Below are positions 57,513 to 64,000 of a stretch of DNA of 64,000 nucleotides, piece by piece; position 1 is the first letter of the stretch, and each line of letters opens with the position of its first letter. The translations under genes and the position numbers were made by a program. The notes beneath the pieces are model-generated. The model was not told the DNA's origin and searched no databases. It saw only the letters and a program-made list of their open reading frames with translations. The DNA is from a virus. The stretch is taken from positions 1 through 64,000 of IMG/VR virus record IMGVR_UViG_3300009164_000001. One strand, written 5' to 3'.

Positions 57513-57938
57513 TTAAGACAAGAACTTAAGCTTGTATTTAGCAGAGTTCAATGTAGTTTTTACATTGTCTAATTCGTTATTAATTTCAGAAAAAGTGTTA
57601 ATATCTTGGATATCAGAAACTTTATCATGAAGCTCATCAATATACACAAGTGCCTCTTTAACACTTGACATTGCAGGTGCACATACGTATGAAGGCATAT
57701 CTGCAGGATATTTTGGAATTTCCCCAGTAGCTCCTTGATAGCTTTCAGCAATTCCGTCTGCCAGGTCAGGAAGAGCATCATATAATTCGTTTAATGCTTT
57801 GTGTGCTGCATAACTTCCAGGGCCTGTTACAGTCAAATGAAGAATGTGAAACTTAAGTGCTGCATCTAGCATCTCCACAACTAAGCCTGGAATGCTTGAT
57901 TTCTTTTTTGAATCTTTTAGTTTGTCAAGGTATCCCAT
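57513..57938 (-). CDS. ferritin/Dps-like four-helix-bundle protein
   Basis: H.LH...G..SYA.HKAL.ELY...D..AE..QG, resembling the Dps ferroxidase pattern. Confidence 0.75.
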   Translation of the reverse strand: MGYLDKLKDSKKKSSIPGLVVEMLDAALKFHILHLTVTGPGSYAAHKALNELYDALPDLADGIAESYQGATGEIPKYPADMPSYVCAPAMSSVKEALVYIDELHDKVSDIQDINTFSEINNELDNVKTTLNSAKYKLKFLS

Positions 57939-60154
57939 TATTGTGGAGTATTATTTATGGTTTGTGATTTAGCATCAATTGCTTTTTCTTTGATTGCTAA
58001 ATCTTGTTGTTTAAGTTGGAAGTCTTGCATCATTTTTTGAAGATTAGCTGATGCATTTTTCTCTGCAGATTCTGCTTGAATAAGAGCAATTTCAATTTGA
58101 GTTTGACGATCTTTTTCTTTATCCATTTCCTCCATTTCCATGGCCTGTTGTTTAAGTTGTTGATCTTGCTGTTTAGCTTGCTGTTCTGCTTGTTGTTGAG
58201 CTTGTTGCAATTGCTCTTGAGCTTTTTCAGCTTGTACGATTTTGTCTTTAATCTGACTTAAGCTGTCTGATTCAAACATAGATATAGCTGCAGAAAGTGG
58301 GAGACCATTTTGAACAGCTGCTTGAGCTAGTCCTTCTATCTTTTGCTTCTTCTCAAGATCTTTACCTGCATCAGTTACAAAGATTCCGTACTCAGTTTCC
58401 ATGTGAGTCATAGGATCTACGTCTACGTTAGCTAGAGTATTGTCAGGCATAACGTACATTGCTTTCTTCCCTTTGGCCCAAGCTTCTTTAGAGTAATCAA
58501 GTAATCCACGTAATTCTCTTTCTTCAAAGTAACTAAATTTACGGAAGATATCTTCTGTAATGTGAGAAGATTGTACGATAGATTGTTGAGATGTAGATTT
58601 ACCTTCGTAAGTTCCCATCTGCCCTTGACGTTGTCTAGTTACCCCACTTACCTTTTCCCACTCGACCATGATAGATTCAAGAAGTGTAAGATACTGAGAG
58701 ATTGTCTTGATAGACATGTCAAGCACTGATTGGTGTTGAGGAGACAACTGAATTCCTTCTTTGTTGTAGTCAACCCAAGCAATACCAGTACCTTCTACAT
58801 AGTACATAAACTTATCCATGTCCCAGTTCTTTGGGATCATGTTAATATCGAACTGTGCAATGATATCTTTTGATCTAGCTATAGCTAATTCAAGACGGTA
58901 TTTATAAATGTTGTAATTTAGCTGGTATGGAATACCTAAAGTTACAAGAGATATGTTTTGTGAATTAATATCAGAATACTTTCTTCCGTTAATTGGAAGC
59001 TTACATATGGATGGATTGTCTAAGCTATTTCTTTGGTTTAGACATGGACGAATGTTGATGTAGAATCTTCTATCAATACGAGTTCCCTCCCATACTTCGT
59101 TTACCCACTCCCATTCTAATTTAGCTCCAGCTTCTTTTAACTCTGGGGTTAATTTGTACCCTTCTGCTACGTCAAATGTTTCTTCAGCTCCTGTTTCAGG
59201 GTCCATGTATGTAACAAAGCCAATTCTTTTACGAGATTTCCAATACACGTGTGCAACCTCAGTAAGACGGTTACGATAAATGTTGTCATCTGCTCCTGAT
59301 GCTTCTGAACGATACAAAAGGTATGCTTCAGCCGAGGTGTGAGTTGGATTTTCTAATTCTAAGATTTGGTCATCTGATAAGAATTCCCCGTATACATCTA
59401 CTACTGTAGAGGCATGTGCAAAACGTCTTAGAATTGCCCAGTCACCGTCTTCTACAAAGTCAATATCTGGATCTTTATCGTAGTCAATGTCCAATGGATT
59501 AACTACATCATAGAATGGTTCGTTACGACGTACACCTTTGTGAGAATAACATTCACCAGTTACTAAAAAGTGGAACCATTGCTTTTGTAACTTGTCATAT
59601 ATTTCATTAAAATACATGATATAGTTAAGGGCAGCCTGTCCACTGATTGCTCTTTGGTCTACGTAACTTCTGTTAAACTCTTCTTGAATTTGCTTTGGAA
59701 GTGGTGGCTCTTCTTGCCCTTCTGGCATTTCCATTTCACCTTGTCTAGCAAGTTCTTGAATGAAGTGTGATTTAACATTTTGAAGAAGAAGATTTTTAAG
59801 AGCCTCTTCTTTTAAACTTACAGAGTCTGCATTTTGAACTGTAACTGTGTATTCTAAAGGACGTTTAGATTTTTCTCCTAGCAATAAGTCAATAATTGGC
59901 TTAATGATAGGGTAGTTTCTCATTTTAGACGGAAAGTTCTTTCGAGTTTTTCCGTACGGCTTTAATACATAGTTGTAATCTTCTTCATCGATTACTCCAT
60001 TGTAGTAGTCATACAGAGATTTAAGGTAGCTGCGACGTTCACTTATACCGAATTTGGATAAGTTGATGAATGCATCTACACAATCCTTTCTCCACTTGTC
60101 ATCCTTCTGGGTGAGTGGAATTCGTTGTTTAGGTATATGGGCTTGTCCGTACAT
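57938..60154 (-). CDS. portal protein
   Basis: 738 aa; downstream of TerL; NYPII.P.ID.L.GE and SGV.RQRQG motifs; Q-rich coiled-coil C-terminus. Confidence 0.88.
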   Translation of the reverse strand: MYGQAHIPKQRIPLTQKDDKWRKDCVDAFINLSKFGISERRSYLKSLYDYYNGVIDEEDYNYVLKPYGKTRKNFPSKMRNYPIIKPIIDLLLGEKSKRPLEYTVTVQNADSVSLKEEALKNLLLQNVKSHFIQELARQGEMEMPEGQEEPPLPKQIQEEFNRSYVDQRAISGQAALNYIMYFNEIYDKLQKQWFHFLVTGECYSHKGVRRNEPFYDVVNPLDIDYDKDPDIDFVEDGDWAILRRFAHASTVVDVYGEFLSDDQILELENPTHTSAEAYLLYRSEASGADDNIYRNRLTEVAHVYWKSRKRIGFVTYMDPETGAEETFDVAEGYKLTPELKEAGAKLEWEWVNEVWEGTRIDRRFYINIRPCLNQRNSLDNPSICKLPINGRKYSDINSQNISLVTLGIPYQLNYNIYKYRLELAIARSKDIIAQFDINMIPKNWDMDKFMYYVEGTGIAWVDYNKEGIQLSPQHQSVLDMSIKTISQYLTLLESIMVEWEKVSGVTRQRQGQMGTYEGKSTSQQSIVQSSHITEDIFRKFSYFEERELRGLLDYSKEAWAKGKKAMYVMPDNTLANVDVDPMTHMETEYGIFVTDAGKDLEKKQKIEGLAQAAVQNGLPLSAAISMFESDSLSQIKDKIVQAEKAQEQLQQAQQQAEQQAKQQDQQLKQQAMEMEEMDKEKDRQTQIEIALIQAESAEKNASANLQKMMQDFQLKQQDLAIKEKAIDAKSQTINNTPQ

Positions 60155-60159
60155 TAATA

Positions 60160-60167
60160 CAAAATTA
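60160..60167 (-). promoter_or_regulatory. Bacteroidota -7 element TAATTTTG
   Basis: TAnnTTTG 5 nt upstream of the portal ATG at 60154. Confidence 0.55.
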
Positions 60168-60231
60168 GGTTCGAAAAATCAGACAAGCTAAATTAATCCT
60201 TTTTTTCTTTACTTGTTATATTTATCCCACT

Positions 60232-62205
60232 TTATTCGTAGTTTTTATCAAACCAGTCATTGGTAGAATTGTCCCTATCGTCAAGTTTTAGCTCTTTATT
60301 GTACAACTCACGGGTGTGATACATACCAATCATCAAGGCCATGGCTCGGTCAAAGTTACCTTGACGGTTAAATTTAATAAGTTCTAACAAAAGAGCCGGG
60401 TCATAAATCTTATGCATGTTGAGGGTTACCTCCCCATCCTCGTTGGCCCCTCTACCACTAACTAACCAATCTCTGATGTACAATTCTCCTTGAGCTTTTC
60501 TCTGCTCGGTCATGTGCATACCGTACTGTCGTTTTACCGTTTTGCTTCTAAGCTCTCTTTTATCCAGCATTTCGAACTCTTCTTGCAATAAATGCATTTT
60601 TCGGAATCGTTTAGCATAGGCAATAACTTCTCCTCGGTCATTTTCAAAACCGATTTTAGCATTGTAGTATTCAGCCAGCATAAATAGATTTCTATTGTAT
60701 TCATCTTGTGACTGCGGTCTTCCGACATACGAAGCCACAATAATATCATCAGGTTTAGAAACATTGTTCGGAACTTTGATAACATAAGCAGCACCCAAAG
60801 ATGTAGCCGATGCAGATTTTCCTTGAGCATATGGGTCATGGCAAACTACGTATAAATTTTTTGGAATGTATTCTTCAACTTCAGTTCTGTATGGGGCTTC
60901 GTAAATTACAACTCCCCCAGTCAAGTTATCGTCTTTTCTGTGTGGGAATTTGACAATAGGTTTAAGGTTTCCGTCAGGTCTAAACTTAACTTTACCTGCA
61001 GAATCGTACAGCATTTCCCCAATTACTCCGATCTTCTCTAGACCGTTTGCAATTACACGATTGTACTGTTCTTTTAACGAAGCAGTGTCAAACGTATTTG
61101 CAGTAACTTGAAGGGTTGCCTCTTGTGGGGTAAACGGCATCTCGGCTATGTACTGGTCAAAAGCTTTTGGGTCGTTACCTTTCTTCTTCTTTTCTCTTTG
61201 AGATTCTTCGTAGGCCATTGCCTCGTCAATTAAACTGTTTCCGTCTTTATCAATGAAACCGTCTAAGTTTTTGTAGATTGGAACGAAGTAACCACACTGT
61301 GTACCCATGGCCCCAGCATCCCAATCGTTATCAAATGAAAGACAGTCATAAGCTTCGGGGTGATAGAACAATTCTTCCATACCTTCAAAGCCTGGCCCCT
61401 CTTCTCCACCTGTTCCAAAGGCAACCATTGTTCCTAAAGTCTTAGAACCTTGTCTCATTGTAGGCATGGCTATTTCCCAAGCTTTCAACAGTCCTGAGAA
61501 TGAACCTGCCTCTTCAAAGAAGATAAGTTCACCTGCTTTACCACGGATTTTGTCTGGGTCATCTTTTAAGGATACCCCGATTATCTGTGATTTAAATCCA
61601 AGAGTTACATCGGCCCCGTTTACATTCTTTTTGTACCCAGACTGCTTGTGCATCTCTCGGTCAATCAAACGTGGTTGGGTCCAAGCTGTGTTATCGTCTA
61701 CAAACGAGACAATGTCCCAAGCTTTAGATAGCATTCCATCTCCTGTTAAGTACTGCTTGTCAGAAGCAAATACAAAATTCTTAGAATTACGAATATGGAA
61801 GTAATTACGGCAGAGCATAGCTGCAGCCTTGTAGGAGAATCCTTTTCGACGGGCTTTAAGTACGACAAGATGCTTGTTGTCTCTACGTGCTTTATCCACC
61901 GAGCTGAAATACTCGTGGTCACCATCATAAAATGCTGGGAAACTTCGGTCACGTCGTGAAATAATTTCACCATCAGGTTGTTCTTCATCTATAATTCTAT
62001 CTATTGGACAATAGTTTAAATAAAAATAGTGGAATCCAGAAATCTTTACCCCATTAACTTCATACCCGTGCATGCATCTGAACTGCTCTGTGTCCCAGTA
62101 CTCATAGTACTGCTTTGTGCCAGGTAAAGCTGCAGTATAAAAGCCGTTCTCAATGTAATGGGCAGCGGCCGGAGCAAATAGGTGTGTGTCTTTAAGTTTA
62201 CTCAC
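60232..62205 (-). CDS. terL: terminase large subunit
   Basis: Walker A KARRKGFS, Walker B IFFEEAG, motif III GTGG, nuclease DPY and N.DR..A. Confidence 0.92.
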   Translation of the reverse strand: MSKLKDTHLFAPAAAHYIENGFYTAALPGTKQYYEYWDTEQFRCMHGYEVNGVKISGFHYFYLNYCPIDRIIDEEQPDGEIISRRDRSFPAFYDGDHEYFSSVDKARRDNKHLVVLKARRKGFSYKAAAMLCRNYFHIRNSKNFVFASDKQYLTGDGMLSKAWDIVSFVDDNTAWTQPRLIDREMHKQSGYKKNVNGADVTLGFKSQIIGVSLKDDPDKIRGKAGELIFFEEAGSFSGLLKAWEIAMPTMRQGSKTLGTMVAFGTGGEEGPGFEGMEELFYHPEAYDCLSFDNDWDAGAMGTQCGYFVPIYKNLDGFIDKDGNSLIDEAMAYEESQREKKKKGNDPKAFDQYIAEMPFTPQEATLQVTANTFDTASLKEQYNRVIANGLEKIGVIGEMLYDSAGKVKFRPDGNLKPIVKFPHRKDDNLTGGVVIYEAPYRTEVEEYIPKNLYVVCHDPYAQGKSASATSLGAAYVIKVPNNVSKPDDIIVASYVGRPQSQDEYNRNLFMLAEYYNAKIGFENDRGEVIAYAKRFRKMHLLQEEFEMLDKRELRSKTVKRQYGMHMTEQRKAQGELYIRDWLVSGRGANEDGEVTLNMHKIYDPALLLELIKFNRQGNFDRAMALMIGMYHTRELYNKELKLDDRDNSTNDWFDKNYE

Positions 62206-62695
62206 TGTACTTGTTTGTTTTTACTCCAGCTCTGTTAGGATTATCTTTAGCTTGTTGTTTTTGTACTAGTTCTTCTAACCTGTCTAAGCCTTCTACAACT
62301 TCTCCAACCTTAGATAGGTTAGCAACTAAGTCTTTTGCTTGGTAAAGAAGTTTACCATTGGCATCCATAGCTGTTAAGTCAATGTTCTGAAAGTATTTTT
62401 CAAGCTTGTTTACTGAAGATCTAGCTGCTTTCAAGAGTTTTATCCCGTGGGTTTCACTTAGCTCTTGGTATTTCTTTACGGCCCCTGCTAATTTTGGATT
62501 GACTTTTACTTTTAAGTCTTCTTCTAGTTTTGTTTGACGTTCTTCGTCATCATAAGCTGCATAGCTGGACCTGTGATCAGCATAAAAGAAGACAAAGCTC
62601 AACTCTTTGATTGATAACTTCTCAAATTCTGGAATAGTTAAAGCATACACTGATGGTATGACTACATTATTATTTACCGTTAGCAAGTCTCTCAT
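62198..62695 (-). CDS. conserved protein upstream of TerL (possible terminase small subunit)
   Basis: 165 aa, helical, overlaps the TerL start. Confidence 0.55.
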   Translation of the reverse strand: MRDLLTVNNNVVIPSVYALTIPEFEKLSIKELSFVFFYADHRSSYAAYDDEERQTKLEEDLKVKVNPKLAGAVKKYQELSETHGIKLLKAARSSVNKLEKYFQNIDLTAMDANGKLLYQAKDLVANLSKVGEVVEGLDRLEELVQKQQAKDNPNRAGVKTNKYSE

Positions 62696-62903
62696 TTTTC
62701 TTTCTTGTTAGCTCATTTAAGTAAGCAATCCTTGTTTTCTTTGCATGAAATTTTCCAAAATACGGAAGTCTTACAGACTGAAAGTTACCCTCTTTTATGA
62801 TTTTGGCCGTGTACTTAAACTGATGGTATATAATCTCTTCTATCTTGGCAAGTGGTAAGTTAAACTTGCTTGCAAGTTTTTGAATGATTATCTTTTCCTT
62901 CAT
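62670..62903 (-). CDS. HU/IHF-like DNA-binding protein
   Basis: II.KLA.K..L.....EEII...F......VRLPYFGKF, an HU signature. Confidence 0.75.
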   Translation of the reverse strand: MKEKIIIQKLASKFNLPLAKIEEIIYHQFKYTAKIIKEGNFQSVRLPYFGKFHAKKTRIAYLNELTRKKNERLANGK

Positions 62904-63184
62904 TTTTTTAAGTTAAGTTTTTTTCCTTCTTCCCCAACTACATGTCTATCCCATCTTTGTGGGGTGTCTGGACAAGTGCTGGTAGCCCACTTAGCTTTTG
63001 TTTCTACAAAGCAGCCACATAAGCCACATTGTTTTTCATCCACTAAATGTGGGCAAGAGTTACAAGCTTGTAGCCTTTGCTCGTACTTTTGATTTGATAC
63101 ATGCTCTGCACCTGTGGCCACGTGTTTAGCAACTGCAGACATCAAGTTTTTTGCCATCTGAAATTTACTCGGTAGTTTGCTCAT
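62900..63184 (-). CDS. Cys-rich Zn-finger protein (DUF6171-like)
   Basis: R...C..C......C..CGC....K......CP....W; start placed at ATG 63184. Confidence 0.65.
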   Translation of the reverse strand: MSKLPSKFQMAKNLMSAVAKHVATGAEHVSNQKYEQRLQACNSCPHLVDEKQCGLCGCFVETKAKWATSTCPDTPQRWDRHVVGEEGKKLNLKK

Positions 63185-63305
63185 CTTCAAAAATTATTTC
63201 AAGTAATTCTACTTTACCTTTTCCGTTTTGCACAACCCCTAACCGTACAGAATCCATGTAGAAATAGGTAACTACTTTGCTACTGGTTACTATTGTTGGG
63301 ATCAT
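63165..63305 (-). CDS. small hypothetical protein (46 aa, absent from the ORF track)
   Basis: MIPTIVTSSKVVTYFYMDSVRLGVVQNGKGKVELLEIIFEDEQTTE*; ATGA coupling to the upstream gene; fills the gap. Confidence 0.6.
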   Translation of the reverse strand: MIPTIVTSSKVVTYFYMDSVRLGVVQNGKGKVELLEIIFEDEQTTE

Positions 63306-63613
63306 ACTGGAATTACGTTAATTTGAACCTGTTCTTTCTTAAGTAGTGGAGATAACTCGTACCCGTTCTTTGTTTGAACTATGGCATTCTTATCTTTCAA
63401 CCTTTTAACGTAATTGTTTAAAGTATTGTGGTCTTTGATTTCCATTACTTCTGCTACTTTCTTTTTGTTAGCAGGAGAGCACAGGTTTACAGTCTCACTA
63501 TTGTCAATGAAACTAGCTAGAATTCTAAGTTCTGTGTCTGTTAATTCCAGTATCCCATTGAACACTTGTAAGAACTTTAACGTGTTGTCTGTTTTAATGT
63601 TAAACTTCCTCAT
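63302..63613 (-). CDS. winged-HTH DNA-binding protein (RepL/MarR-like)
   Basis: LT..EL.IL...KKVAE.M....NTLNNYVKRLK.K..I....Y.L.P. Confidence 0.6.
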   Translation of the reverse strand: MRKFNIKTDNTLKFLQVFNGILELTDTELRILASFIDNSETVNLCSPANKKKVAEVMEIKDHNTLNNYVKRLKDKNAIVQTKNGYELSPLLKKEQVQINVIPV

Positions 63614-63860
63614 CGTCTTCTTTAAGTTTGATTAATTGGATTTTTGCACGGCCATCCACGATGTGCACTTTGCAAGTTTTAGAGTAACTATTGAACTCTT
63701 CAAGATGTTCGTCAATATTTTCTCTTGTAACCAAGAAAGTAAGAAATACTTCAATCTCTTTAGTAGCTTGAAGTATATCTTTCTTTAATGATTGGAGATT
63801 TGGGGAAGCATCTCTAAGAGCATGATAGTCCTCTAGTGATAGAGTGACTGATCCGTTCAT
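63600..63860 (-). CDS. hypothetical protein
   Basis: 86 aa; TAATG coupling to the GroES gene. Confidence 0.65.
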   Translation of the reverse strand: MNGSVTLSLEDYHALRDASPNLQSLKKDILQATKEIEVFLTFLVTRENIDEHLEEFNSYSKTCKVHIVDGRAKIQLIKLKEDDEEV

Positions 63861-64000
63861 TACATTACCCCTAATACAGCCATTGACTCGTTAATCATAA
63901 CATAGTCATTGCCATCAATTTCAATGATTACTCCGTCACTTGCTGGGTGAATGTATACAACATCTCCAGGTTTGCATTTGCAATCTGGTCCTGCAGCTAG
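63860..64000 (-). CDS. groES: GroES-like co-chaperonin (C-terminal part; truncated by window edge)
   Basis: Manual translation LAAGPDCKCKPGDVVYIHPASDGVIIEIDGNDYVMINESMAVLGVM* matches the GroES C-terminal pattern. Confidence 0.8.
   Translation of the reverse strand, partial: LAAGPDCKCKPGDVVYIHPASDGVIIEIDGNDYVMINESMAVLGVM

Noticed and set aside
14495-62205. Introns, inteins or homing endonucleases in vRNAP, MCP or TerL
   Set aside because: The ORFs are continuous, with no intein splice motifs or LAGLIDADG/HNH/GIY-YIG signatures seen
10479-63635. Many 60-130 aa antisense or alternate-frame ORFs in the ORF track
   Set aside because: They are nested within long, motif-bearing genes and look like shadow ORFs
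1-64000. Stop-codon reassignment (TAG or TGA), known in some crAss-like phages
   Set aside because: The giant ORFs are intact under code 11, coding density is near complete, and TGA is used in ATGA gene couplings

Overview
This window is about 64 kb of a crAss-like phage genome (Crassvirales-type podovirus), probably infecting a Bacteroidota host. It uses the standard genetic code, and I saw no introns, inteins, tRNAs or CRISPR arrays. Positions 1-9.7 kb (+ strand) hold the end of the replication/repair module: SSB-like protein, primase, PD-(D/E)XK endonuclease, RIIA/RIIB, 5'-3' exonuclease, uracil-DNA glycosylase and a DUF1599-like protein. This module converges at a bidirectional terminator with a - strand late module (9.7-64 kb). 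In transcription order that module encodes GroES, small regulators, TerL, portal, a ferritin-like protein, two modular cargo-like proteins, a scaffold-like protein, the major capsid protein, ring/auxiliary capsid/hub/fibre proteins, a metallophosphoesterase, an IHF-like protein, the muzzle, cargo proteins and three giant ejected proteins, including a single-chain virion RNA polymerase. The most interesting observations are: (1) four proteins punctuated by a repeated [YFM]xxGG motif that separates shuffled, partly shared modules, a candidate polyprotein or capsid-cargo delivery system; (2) matching terminal cysteines across the three giant ejection proteins; (3) a DHDVD variant of the RNAP catalytic motif; (4) Bacteroidota TAnnTTTG promoter elements only 4-6 nt upstream of late start codons. 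All annotations come from motifs and gene order read by eye; no database searches were run.
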